Below, one piece after another: positions 1 to 11,920 of a DNA stretch of 57,235 bases. The DNA lies in assembly GCA_000388065.2 (NCBI GenBank), contig KB932201.1. One strand, given 5' to 3'. The position numbers and the translations under genes were made by a program. The notes below the pieces were generated by a model. It did no database searches, had not been told where the DNA came from, and saw only the letters and a list, made by a program, of their open reading frames with translations. Each line of letters opens with the position of its first letter. Positions within the stretch are counted from its first letter, which is position 1. This DNA is from Fonticula alba ATCC 38817 (taxonomy: Eukaryota > Protista > Nucleariida).

Positions 1-72
1 GGGGGAGGGAGGGAGGGAGGGGGAGAGAGCAGCTGAGCCACAAGGTCGAATCGAGGAAGGGGGTACACGTAC

Positions 73-3000
73 CGGACACCTCCGGCGACTCGAGAAGGGC
101 AATTAGGTAGCGGATGTAGCTGATGAAGGCACGCAGTGGCGAGGAAGCCAAATCCAGCATGAAGTCCACCGAGGATGAGGCACCGGGAAGACTGGGGCCG
201 AGGCCTGGCGATCCGGTGGCCGCCTGGGGCGAGCTATCGGAAGCAGGGGCTCCAGCGCGATTGGCTGCTGCCAGTGAGGGGCTGCCAGAGGGGGAGGGCT
301 CCAGGCGCGAGGGGAGGCGACAGAAAAGCAGCACGCCCACCTCAGCTAGGCGCATAGGCAGCATCAGGTCATTGCGGAAGAAGTGGTGGATATCCGGCAC
401 CTGGGAGGGGGATGGGTAGGGAGTTGGGTAGAGAGAGGGGGGGGGAGGGAGAGAGAGAGGGGGGGGGAGGGAGAGAGAGAGGGAGAGAGAACACAATCAG
501 ATGGGTGGATCCTAATGAGACCAAGCGCGGGGAAGGGAGCGAGAGGCACGCACTGAAGTCAGACTAATCAGCGAGAGGAGAGACTCGCGCGCAAGTTGGC
601 CACGCTTGCCAGTGGAATTGATGTGCTCCACAACCACCTGGCAGCAAAGGCCCAGGGCAGAGTTGGCCACATCGTCGACGATCATCGACTCCACCAGGGG
701 CACCCCATTTGCAACCCGGCGGAAGGGCGAGGTCGGTGCGATTGGAGACCCCTGCAGTGTACCGAGCGACGGCTCACGGTTGATGCCCAGCGAGGAAGTC
801 CGGATGATCAAGACCGACGTGAGGACCGGGTGTCGGGAGAGCTTGCGGGCCAGGGCATTGCAGAGCTTCAGGAAGGAGATGATCAGCTGGGCCGAGGGGG
901 AGTTCTCATTCTCTTGGTCAGGCTATGGGCGCGGGGAGAGAGGGAGAGAGGGGGGGAGGGGGGAGAGGGGAAAGCAGNNNNNNNNNNGGCCACGCGGCGG
1001 TGGAGACTCGGGACCTGCTCGCCAAGGGCACTGACAAGCGACAGGAGAGAGGGCCAAGCGGAGGGGTTGCCATGCAAGCATGTATGTGTGAATGCGACAT
1101 GTGGAGATACGAAATATGCAACGGACATATGGGCCCTCTTGTCCCTCCCCCCGCCCCCTGCCCGGTGAATGAAAGGGACAAAAGTCGAAGGTGTACCTCA
1201 GGAGTTTGCCCAACGTCTGAAGGGTGGACAGGAGGGTGCGCGGCTCGTCCGGACGCCCGGTTCCCGAGAGGCCAAACCCGCTCGAGGGGATGGCGATCTC
1301 ATCGAGCATGAGCTCCAGCTGTGTTGGAGAAAGACGCTGAGCCGGGTCGGCCGCCTGAGAGGCACGGACTTGCTCCTGCAGGGCGCCCAGCGCGGTGGCC
1401 AGGTCGCCGGTCAGGGCGAAGATGCTCCGCTGGACACTGGGCCACGGGTAAAGAGCCATGCGGCTGATGCAGCTGGTCAAGGACAGGAGCATGGCCGGGG
1501 AATGGTCTGGCGCGCGATTCAGCAGCGATAGCAGCGCCGGCAGCAGGGGCCCGACCGGGCGCAGGCGCGCCGCCTGCTCGGCAGCCTCACGCGATACCGC
1601 CGGTGTCGCGGCCACCTGGCCACTTGGCGACAGGCCGATGGTCAACGGGGCAGGGGGGCCCGCGCGCGAGGGCGTGCTGGGAGCATCGGCCGCCACCGGT
1701 GTGGTGGGGGCGGCCTCGCCCGATGCGGTGCTCACGCCGCTGATTTGCAGCCGCGAGGGCAGGGGATTCACCACCCACGGGCTGTCGGCCCAAAGGTGGC
1801 GCACACGCTGCTCCAGGTCGAAGACCCCGAGGAAGTAGTCATCATAGGGGACCTCCTGGCCCGGGGCCCGGGAGAAGGTGGCCGGGTGGGAAATTTGCCC
1901 ATGCTCATCGGCCGGAAGGGACCCATGGTGCTGGGCCACCTCCGTGAGGAAGGTCTGTTGCGAAAGGAGGTCCGGGAAGATGGACAGGACCACACGAATC
2001 CACAGCTGCGATTGGAGACTCGGCCCGGCCATGACCAGGGTCTCCTCCAGGTTGGAGGAGGTATCCGGCGCGGCCAAATGGAAGGGCGAGGAGGGAGACG
2101 CCGGGCAGTTGTCCACCGAGGCCGAGGGGGCCAGCGAATCGTTGGAGGGCCCGCGCTGGCCGGAATTGGCCCGGCCCTGGCACTGGCCAAACCGAGCCGC
2201 CGGGCAGGGAGGCGCCAGGATCAGCCGCTCCAGGACACAGAAGCTGAACATGCCAAGGAGCTGGTCTACCAAGCGCACGGTGGCCGCGGCCACCTGGGGA
2301 TTGCGGCTGCGCAGGCGTCGGGTAAATACCGTCTGCGCGAGGGCCAGGGGGCTCATGAAGGCAAAATCCAGGGCCGAGGCCTCCGGGGAGTTGGCCTGCG
2401 ATTCGGAGATCATGGCCTCGGAGTCCAGGTCGACGGCGTGCTGCCAGCAGGTGCAAGCCGGGGGCGGACCAATGGCCGGGGCGGCCGCGCTGCCACTGGC
2501 CACTCCCTCAAAACAGACGTGATCAAAGAGAGCCTCAATCAGGGGGTGTGCCAGGACAGACCCCGTCACGGCGGCCGCCAGCTCGGACACATGCAGCGAG
2601 GCGGTGATGATGCGCTCCTCGTATGTTTGCACCAGCAGCGTGTCGCGCAGGATCAGGTCGAAGAGCTGCTCGCGTATGCAGGCCACCACGTCGTTGGCAA
2701 TGTTCATGCCTGGGAGAGGGGGGACGGGGGNNNNNNNNNNNNNNNNNNNNNNNNNNNNNNNNNNNNNNNNNNNNNNNNNNNNNNNNNNNNNNNNNNNNNN
2801 NNNNNNNNNNNNNNNNNNNNNNNNNNNNNNNNNNNNNNNNNNNNNNNNNNNNNNNNNNNNNNNNNNNNNNNNNNNNNNNNNNNNNNNNNNNNNNNNNNNN
2901 NNNNNNNNNNNNNNNNNNNNNNNNNNNNNNNNNNNNNNNNNNNNNNNNNNNNNNNNNNNNNNNNNNNNNNNNNNNNNNNNNNNNNNNNNNNNNNNNNNNN

Positions 3001-4711
3001 NNNNNNNNNNNNNNNNNNNNNNNNNNNNNNNNNNNNNNNNNNNNNNNNNNNNNNNNNNNNNNNNNNNNNNNNNNNNNNNNNNNNNNNNNNNNNNNNNNNN
3101 NNNNNNNNNNNNNNNNNNNNNNNNNNNNNNNNNNNNNNNNNNNNNNNNNNNNNNNNNNNNNNNNNNNNNNNNNNNGGGGGGGGGGGGCTGCCTTGGTTAG
3201 TTGGGCAGCCTGCTTTTGGCGGGGCCCGCCCTTGGCTCTACCGGCGGCACCTCGGCCATCCCCCCTCCCCCTTTGTCCTCCGAGCAGGGGAGGCAGGGAG
3301 AGAACGGCCCGGCACCACAGCCCCATCCTCAGCCCGAAATAAGGTGCGGATGACCTGACCAGGCCCAATCTGCGAATGGAGAGCGCCGACTCTGGAATGT
3401 GGCCCGGCGTGATGCATCCCGTGCCAAAAAAATGGACCCGGGGGAGGGTAGTCGCTAGGGAAAGCCATGTCACCGCCAGGGCGTGGGGCTGATGCCTGCC
3501 ATGCATGGGCGGGCGCGGGAAGGACAACCTGGCCGAGGGGGGATCGGACTCCCTCTCGAGCCGCATTGAGCCGATCGGCCCCCCTCGAGCGCATCACCGA
3601 GCGATCACCGATACACACACAATGCCAAAGGGGGGGAGGGATCTGGCCCCCAGTTCCCGGCCCGTGGGCCCGATGCCGTGTGCCTGGCACGCCGCGACAC
3701 CCACCTTGCCTCCTCTCAGAGGCCCACCTCGCCGCCCCTGAGCGCGCACCACCACGAATGGACAATCCGAGATATGCCAAAAAAAAAAAGAGAGGGACAA
3801 GGGCCCCCATGGCCCTGTGGGTGTCACACCACGCCGCACCAACAACACCGCTGAGCATGGAGAAAAAAACGGATGGCCCACGACAGCACGCATGAGCGGC
3901 CCTCCCCCCCCCCCGCAAAGGGTCAGTAGGGGTGAAATGCATGGGCTGAACAGGGGAACGAGAAAGGTGCATGGACCTGGTAATTCGGGGACACCCGCTT
4001 GGACTCCTCGAGTAGCCGGGTGAGCGGCTTGTGCACGGCCTCCGGCAGCAGGGGCCCGTGAATGCAGCCGAGGAAGGAAGCGAAGAAGTCCATGACAAGA
4101 CAACGCATTCTGAACCGGACAGGCATGGTTAGCAGCAGAAGGGCGCCGGGGAGAGGGGGGGGAGGGGGGGGGGGTACAGTGTCGTGCCGGACAGGCGTAC
4201 CCGCGCGGAGAGTCCATGATGGCCTTCTTAGTTAGCCAGTCGAGCATCTGCGAGCTCATGACAAACTCCAGGCAGGGTCCGGTGACCATGTTCTCCAGCG
4301 GCGAGGGTGGCAGGGCGCCAGGGGGGAGGTCACCAAGGTCGGTTGCCGAGCCGGCTGTCGGGGTTTGGTCGGGCAGGCACTCCTTCTTGAGGATGATCAG
4401 CATCTCGGACAGGTCCTCGGTCAGGTAGTGTTGGGCAACATTGTCGCCCTCCTCGCTGACGTTGTTGTAGCGATAGTAGTTGTTGACTGTGGAAAGGGTG
4501 TTAGAGGGGGGCGGCGGGGCGGCGGGGCGGCGGGGCGGCGGGGCGGCGGGGCGGCGGGACGGCAAGGAGGAGCGAGGAAAGGGGAGAAAGCCATCGAGAG
4601 GCGGGCGGAGCGGGGCGGACCATTTCGCCAGTGCTCCTTGAACTGGTCAATGGGGGAGAGGATATTCAGCGCCGTCTGGGCGATGCTGATCACAGTGCGG
4701 AGGAAACTCAT
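73..4711 (-). CDS. FHIP: FHIP/FAM160 (RAI16-like, FTS- and Hook-interacting) family protein; 3' end missing and exon blocks out of order in this scaffold
   Basis: Exons in protein order: E1 4711-4621 (ATG, MSFLRT..HWRN), E2 4486-4201, E3 4109-3977 (GMRCLVMDFF..LPEAVHKPL), E4 922-554 (FLKLCNALARKL..GKRGQLARESLLSLISL), E5 400-73 (LAEVGVLLFCRLP..FISYIRYL), E6 2709-1197 (IREQLFDLILRDTLL..LLSLTSCISRMALYP), E7 1030-988 (runs into a gap). All junctions are GT-AG and phase-compatible in this order. I recognised the family motifs from memory; no search was run. Confidence 0.85.
4511..4558. repeat. Tandem 8-mer (GCGGCGGG)x6 in FHIP intron 1
   Basis: Six perfect copies read directly from the sequence. 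Confidence 0.9.
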
Positions 4712-5258
4712 GTTCGCTGTGGGGCGGGGGTCCGGGGGTGTCTCCTCCGGCCGGGGCACGGATTGGACACCGAGAGGGCGAAAGAAAGGCGGAGGGAGGG
4801 GCAGAGGGCGAGGGGGCGGGAAGGGAGCGGGAGANNNNNNNNNNNNNNNNNNNNNNNNNNNNNNNNNNNNNNNNNNNNNNNNNNNNNNNNNNNNNNNNNN
4901 NNNNNNNNNNNNNNNNNNNAGGGCCATTCCCCTGAATGGCATGTGCAAGAAAGAGGGATTTTCAATTATTAAAAGTGTGGTGTTTTTTAAACACCGGGGG
5001 AAGGGAAGGGGGGGGGGGAGGAGGAGGAGAAAGAGCGGGACGCGATAGAGCAGTCCACTGTCCACTCATCAGGGCAGAATAGTACTGAAGAGGAGATCCT
5101 GTGCGGAGAGAGAGGATGCGCGCGTGTGCTGGACACGGCGCGGAACATTCTTTGCATTTTTTTTCTTTTTTTTTGCTCACACACAATCGGAGATCAATCA
5201 TACGACAGCAACATCCATGCACACGGTCGCGGCGGGGGAGACGCGCGCGCGTGCGCAT

Positions 5259-5675
5259 TTAAGAGTGAGAAGAGAACTTGGCGACGGCCTTGGCACCCTC
5301 AGAGACGGCGTGCTTGGAGAGCTCACCGGGGAGGATGAGGCGGACGGCGGTCTGGATCTCACGAGAAGAGATGGTGGAGCGCTTGGTGAAGGCGGCCAGC
5401 TTGGAGGCCTCATCGGCAATGCGCTCGAAGATGTCGTTGACGAAGGAGTTCATGATGGCCATGGCATCGGTACCGATGCGGGTCTCGGGGTGGACCTGCT
5501 TCAGGACACGGTAGATGTAGGAGGAGTAGGTCTCCTTGCGGCTGGTGCGGCGCTTGCGCTTGCCATCGGCACCACGGGTGGCCTTGGAGGCGACCTTGGA
5601 GGGGGTCTTGCCGGCGGGCTTCTTGTCAGCGCCCTTGTGGTCGGCGGCGGGGACGGGGGCAGGGACGGAGGACAT
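5259..5675 (-). CDS. H2B: Histone H2B, intronless, 138 aa, divergent
   Basis: Contains [41 protein letters not shown] and [27 protein letters not shown], an unmistakable H2B histone fold. Confidence 0.98.
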   Translation of the reverse strand: MSSVPAPVPAADHKGADKKPAGKTPSKVASKATRGADGKRKRRTSRKETYSSYIYRVLKQVHPETRIGTDAMAIMNSFVNDIFERIADEASKLAAFTKRSTISSREIQTAVRLILPGELSKHAVSEGAKAVAKFSSHS

Positions 5676-5793
5676 GGTTGACTGGGGAAAAGGAGAGGGA
5701 ACGAGAGCGGGGCTCAGGATAGGGGATCACGATCTCAACAGGGGGGAGTGTGTGGCTACTTTTCCAACCGAGAAGGACACCGGCATCGTATGC

Positions 5794-5800
5794 TTAAATA
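5794..5800 (-). promoter_or_regulatory. Possible TATA-like element (TATTTAA) about 120 nt upstream of the H2B ATG
   Basis: AT-rich heptamer in a GC-rich background at a plausible distance. The transcription start is unknown. Confidence 0.3.
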
Positions 5801-6671
5801 CCCATGTCACTAAGAAGAGATAATATGGGGTTCCAATGTGCACTTAGGGGGGTTCCAACATTTTCGCCAAACTCCACTGCGGGGAAGACCCGCCGGGTCG
5901 TCCCCCCCGCCCCCCCCCGACGAGGACGAGATAAGAAGATGCCGAGACAAAACGCCTGGCCCCCCGGAACCCTGTCCGCGCGGGAAAGCAGGGAAGGGCG
6001 ACCGCCTGCCCGAGCGTCACCGCCCTCGGGCCTCTCGCCCCTGTCCCGGCCCCTGCCCGCACCCCCGTCCGCACCGCCGTCTCGGGCGTCGCCTCAGCCG
6101 CCCCGCCCCAGGGGGAGACGCTGCGCACAGGCCGGGAAGGCGAGCCGCCTCCTGGGTTCCAAATGCACATTATGGTCATCTCATACACCCTGGCCTCAGC
6201 CTCCACCAGACACCCCCCGTCGACCGCCATCACGTCGGGTTCCCGCGCTAGGACAGCCTTCCGGGGAGGGGGGCGGGGGGGGGGGGGCATCGTACCCGAC
6301 AGCACCTGGTCCCACACACGCCTTCATCATCATGCGGGCTGGAGTTAATGCCGCCGCTATACTGCATATGCCCGGTTCTTTAGGGAGGGGCAAAGGGGAT
6401 GGAGCAACAATCACCACATATATATGTCTTGTATAATAATAAACAGCCGACTTTTGCCCTCTTCGGTAACCCTGCGGGCGGAACTCGGAACGCCGGGGTT
6501 CCAATTATTCGACATAACGTGACCGACACATGCCGCTCGACTTTTCTCGCCTGTCCCGATCAGCCCCCGCCCTTCTGGCTCGCGATCTCCCCAGCTTGTC
6601 CAAGTCCTGTTCCCTAGTCCCCCCCCCCCCTCTCCTCCCCGCCCACCTCACGCTCCCTCCCGAAATACGGC

Positions 6672-7434
6672 ATGTCCACCAGCAGCCGCTACTCCCTGGA
6701 TGAGGAGGACGTCTCGCCCCCGGGCAGCTCGTCTTCCCTCGGGCGTTTCCTCCAGCGGCGCCCCGGAGACACTCGCCGCGGGAACTACACCCCCCTGCGC
6801 GACCTCACTGCTGCTGGCGCCGCCGCCCGGTCCCGGACGTCCAATCCCGACTTTATTGACGCTCAATTCAACCGGCCGAATCACCAGGTACGTGCTGGCT
6901 CCACTTGCCCGATCACGGCGGCGCTCATGGCATTGTCTCTCCTCACCCGCTTCGTCCCACTGCCGTCCTGCCGTCCTGCCGTCCTGCCGTCTTGAAATTG
7001 GCCCCCCTCCACCGCCCGCTCCGTTCCGCCCCGCCCTCCGATTCATGCGCTGGAGTAGATCCCCTGGAAGTCGGTCTTGGTGGCCATCATGCTGTTCGTG
7101 CTCGGGGCCATCCTCCTTACCCTGGCCTCGCTCCTGTTCACCGGGCACCTTGGCGATGCGAAGGTGCGCCCTGCGTCCTGTCCACCTTCCCCCTTGCCTC
7201 GCCTGCTCTTGCTGATCTTCTGTCTTGCCCTCTTCCCTCCTCCGCTTGGGTGCGGATAATCCCCCCCCCCCCTACGACAGCCCCACCTCCCTCCAGCATG
7301 ACGACCGCATCATCCCACTCTTTGTGCTCGGTTCACTGGTGTTCATTCCTGGATTCTACCATGTGTGGATTGCGGTCGCCACCTGGCGCGGGCAGTCCGG
7401 CTACAGTTGGTCCCAAATTCCCTCTTTCGAGTAG
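6672..7434 (+). CDS. TMEM230: TMEM230 / DUF872 two-TM membrane protein, 3 exons, 152 aa
   Basis: Exons 6672-6887, 7059-7163 and 7297-7434, all phase 0 with GT-AG junctions. IPWKSVLVAIMLFVLG and IIPLFVLGSLVFIPGFYHVWIA..GYSWSQIP match the TMEM230 pattern (IPWK..GILVFLPGFYH..GYSYDDIP). Confidence 0.93.
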
Positions 7435-8434
7435 GCCTCCTCCCCCGCTGGCTTTCGGCCTTTTCCTCCGGCCGTGAAGGGCACATCAAATACACATGCA
7501 TACACGCCTGGCTGCCGCGGCCTTTGGGGGGATCCGGTCGAGGCAGGAAGGCTTCTCGGGGGTCTCGTCTGGCGCAGAGGGAGGAGGTATCGCTCCCCTC
7601 CCCTCCCGAGAAAGCCCGGACATCAGCGGGGAACCCCCCGCACGATCGGGCCAGCGCCCGCCGGGGGAGAGGCTTCTCTTGCCGGGACGGGCTTGAGATC
7701 GCGATCGACATGATAATCACACCACACTCGAAATGTCACGTGAAATGACCCAATCGTTTAGGATTGGCGCCTGTTTGTGTCATCTGCCCCGGGGCCGGCC
7801 GGGGGGTGCCGGGGCCAAGGGCGCTGTGAGCCGTGGCGCGGTCGGGGGCACGCGCGGGAGGGGCCCGCAACAGGCGACAGGGGAGAGGGGCGGGGGGAAG
7901 GCCGCCCTCCGGCGTGGTCGGCGCCTGGTGGAAGGATTCTGTCTCACCAGCAGCAATGTGGGGTGAGCCCGGGGGGAGGGGGGCAGCCGCCCAGACCTGC
8001 CTTTAGTCAGACGGACGGGCTGACGGTGGGCGTTATTTCCGTTGGCCTGGCCCGGGCCCTGCCCCGCCCGCGTTTCGAGGTGGTCTGGGGGCTGGTCCCG
8101 CTTCCCTGGGTCGGTGGTGGATGGGGGAGACGCTCCCGCGGGGCCGGTCCGCGCCGGCTACATCCGCCGCCCTGGGGTCAACGGAATCCGGCGAGGTGTG
8201 CGGAGGGGGTCGGGCGAGGGGGGGGGGGGGGGGGGGGGGGGGGGTGGGGGGGGGGGGGGGGGGGGGGGCGGGGGGGGGGGGGGGGGGGGGGACGCCCCGG
8301 CCAGTCGTGTTGTCATTGGGGTCAGTCNNNNNNNNNNNNNNNNNNNNNNNNNNNNNNNNNNNNNNNNNNNNNNNNNNNGGGGGGCAGGCAGAGGACGAAC
8401 ATGCGGACTGGCTGGTATTCCTCGGTGTGCGGCT

Positions 8435-8488
<54 letters not shown>

Positions 8489-9366
8489 CGTCTCTCCGTC
8501 TATTTCTCCGGCAGGCGTACTGTGCAATGCCAATGGGCTTAAGCCCAGAATATTCTTCCTGCTCGTGCGTGTGTGTATATGTGTGTGTGTGCGCGCGCTT
8601 CATCGCGCGCCTAGGCCAAGCGCGGAAAGGATCAGGAGCAGGGCGCAACCTGGCGCCGCGCCGTCCGTGGGTATGTGGTTTCGGGGGGGCGGGGGGAGGG
8701 CGGATTTGAAAATGGCATCCACCTCCGTCAGTCCTGGGCACGGCACATACACGCATGCCCTGCGGGCATGCCCATTTGCCTGTTCGAGCGGCGGTTGTCG
8801 GCCTCTCCTGGGCCGAGGGGGGAGAGATATGCACGACCGAATTATAAATCCACCTTTAGTAATGCTTATCTCGTTTCGAGCGGAGGCAAGGTGCCGTTCT
8901 TACATGTGGGGGGAGCGCACACATTTGTTGCCCCCCCCCCCGCCGCACGGGTGGCAAAAGGCGGCCCACGCCTCCCTCCTGGGAATGTCCAGCAACCCGG
9001 GCGAGGCCTCTTTTGGCTCCCCCTGATATTCGAACCGGACGCGCGAACTCCTGCACCCCGGTCTGGAGCTAGATCCTATTCTTCGGTCGGCGCGGCCTCC
9101 TTCTTGGGGCCGGTGGCGCTCTACTTCTCTCCGGGGCGCGCGGGCATCGGGGGGGGGGGGGGGGGGGGCGGCCCCGGCCCGAGGATCTTCACGCTCTCAG
9201 CCTCGGGGGCAGGGGAGGAGGGCCGCAGCTCCGCCCACCCACCCGCCCGGGGGGCTGTTCGCCCAACATCCCCCGGGCGGGCCGGCGGGCGAGGGGGGTT
9301 CCTGCCTGGCGGCCCGCGCGTTAGCCGCGCCCCTTCTCGCTGGTTTTCCCGCCCCGCTGTTTCTTG

Positions 9367-9413
<47 letters not shown>

Positions 9414-9853
9414 GCACCGGACACACCCGGAAGGGCCCATTCAGCTGGGACCGCCCTTCGGCCCCGGGCCGCTGGATCCCCCCGAGCATCCAGCTTCTCC
9501 CTTCCCTCCTCCCCCGGGCCCCCTTTTGCCTCCCCTCCCCCTCGGGCCCCTTTTGCATCTCCTCCCCTGCCCCTCGCCCTTCCTCCCGCTCCTCCTCCTT
9601 TGCCGACGGTCGTCCCATCGCGGCAGATCGCCTCCCCCACCCCCACCCCTAGCCCCCCCACCCCCGCCACGGTCTTTTCCCACCGCACAAGGGGGCTGGG
9701 AGTTCAGGCGCCCACCGGCTCCCCGTCTGCGCGCGCCTCCCTCCCTCCTCCCTCTCTCTTCCCTCGTGGCAGCGGCGGCGGCAGCGGCGGCAGCGGCGGC
9801 GGCTATCCCTTCCTTTCCTTCTTCCCCCTCTCCTCCTCACGGGGCGTACTGGA

Positions 9854-11878
9854 ATGTCCCGTCGCTTCGACCATGGCGACCTCGTCTGGGCCAAGGTCCA
9901 CAACTACAGCTACTGGCCCGCCCAGGTGCGCTTTCTCGATCCACATTCCCCGGCGCTTACCTCCCCATTTGCATGCCGCTGCCCCGCTCAGCCCACTAAT
10001 CTGCCTTTGTACCTTACATGCGTCTCCTCCATTCTCCTCTGGGCTCTCCGTCGCTCGGGGCCTCCTCCTCTCTCCTTCCCCCAGGTGCGGACTGACATCC
10101 GTGCTGACCACCGAAAGGTAGCTGTGATTTTCTTCGGTTCCCATGACTTGTGCGTTTGCTCCCCCCCTCCCCCCCCCCTGCTTCTCTGCAATCCCGCCTC
10201 CTGTCCATCTCATTGTGCAGGCTACTCATATGCGCGCCCTATCCCCTGTCTCTCTCCCCCCCCCCGCTTCTGGTGGTGGTGGTGGTGATGCTGCTGTTGC
10301 TGTTATGTGCGCGCGCGCCCACCGTCAGTGGCTTTCCCTATGCCGAGCATGTGGACGACTTTGAGGCAGCCTTCTCCAAGCACACGAGCGCCTTCAAGAA
10401 GAAGAAAATGCCCAAAAATCTCCAGTCCGCCATCGACGAGGCCCGGCGACGGGAGTCGCTCCTTGGCATCCGGTGTCGAGGCCTCGGGTCGCAATCCGAC
10501 TCGGACAGCGCTGATGGCGGCCATTCCGGGTCCGAGAGGCACTCGCGCTCGCGATCGCGCTCGCGGTCGCGCTCGCGGTCGCGCTCGCGTCAACGCCGGC
10601 GCCGGCGCTCGGCATCAAGGTCATCTCGGTCACCCTCACCCTCAGCCTCGGGGTCGCGGTCGCGGTCGCGGTCGCGGTCGCGGTCCCCCTCAGCCCCGCG
10701 GTCACCGGGGGGGCGCCCTCATCGCCGCCGGTCTCGGTCGCACTCTCCCTCGCGGTCGCGATCGCGGTCGCGCTCACGATCCCACTCTCGGTCACGGGTG
10801 TCCTCGTCGCCAGCACGCCCAGCGCGCGCCACCAAGCGTGGTGACTCCCCGGGACCCGATTCGCCCCTGCGGCCGCCAACCGGCGCCGGGGGCGGTGTGC
10901 TCCGGCGCAAGCGTCCTACTCCCTCGGCGCCGGATTCCGCAGACTCGCCCCCACCCCCGGGGACGGCCCGCCGAGTCGCCACCAGCACCCCCGGGGTTCG
11001 CCCTTCTCGATCCCGCGACGAGTCGCATCCTGATCGTGAAAGGAGTCCGCCGCCCGTGGCCGGTGATACCCCCGCTCGCGGCGTCAAGCGCCCGAAAGTC
11101 GAGGCCCCCCTGCCGGAGTCCGAGGTGCGAGCTTTGCCGTCTGCCCATTCTCTATCCGCCTCCCCCTCCTTCTTTCTTTCCTTCTTTCTCTCCCCTCCCC
11201 TCGGGCCGCCCCACCGGCCTCCCATCTAACACCCTGTCAACTCGGCCGATCTGTCCGGCACCCTTCAACCCGATAGCCACGCGGGTCAGCCTCTCCCCAA
11301 CTGCCCTCGGCCATGGCCGATGACAGCCACCGGATTTCCAAGTCGCCCGAGCTCCTGCCCCTGGAATCGATCCTGTCGCTGGCACAGCGCGTTCTGCCCG
11401 ATGGCCTGACAAGCGGCATGGCCACGCTTCTGCTGCCTCGCAAGAAGATCAGCCGGCAGGACCTGACACCGGAGCAGCTGCGTGGCATCGAGGCCAAACG
11501 CCAGCGCCGGGCGCGCCTGTCCCCCGAGGAGATCGCCAGCGAGAAGCAGGCCAAGCAGCTCCGTCGCCGGGACCGGCTGATGCGCCTCCAGCGCTATCTT
11601 CATCGGCGCGAGGATAAGATGCGCCGCCATGGCGAGCAGCACCGGCTGGCATCGGCCCAGCCGCCCGCCGACTCACCGACCCCTGCCACAGGCACGGGAT
11701 TGCCATCGACCTCTCCGAGCCCGGGCCCCTCGCCGCCTATCAAGGCCGAGCCGGCCTCCTCGCCGTCATCCCTGCCGCCGCCGCCGCCATCTCCTCCAGC
11801 CCACGGTGGCGTTGCTGGCCAGACTGCGTCAACATCACAGGCCGCCTCTCGTCAGTCTTCCTCTCCAGCACAACAACC

Positions 11879-11920
<42 letters not shown>

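Noticed and set aside
1745-3358. 537-aa plus-strand ORF over FHIP
   Set aside because: Antisense shadow ORF that is extended through an N gap.
3176-3976. Hidden FHIP exon or C-terminal exon in the 800 nt after E3
   Set aside because: I found no frame with FHIP motifs bounded by convincing splice sites, and E3 joins E4 in phase without one.
5124-5681. 185-aa ORF antisense to H2B
   Set aside because: Antisense ORFs over GC-rich histone genes are a common artefact, and there is no independent evidence for this one.
5676-6671. Search for a divergently paired H2A gene
   Set aside because: No H2A motifs (AGLQFPVGR, LEYLAAE) were found in any frame; the neighbour is TMEM230.
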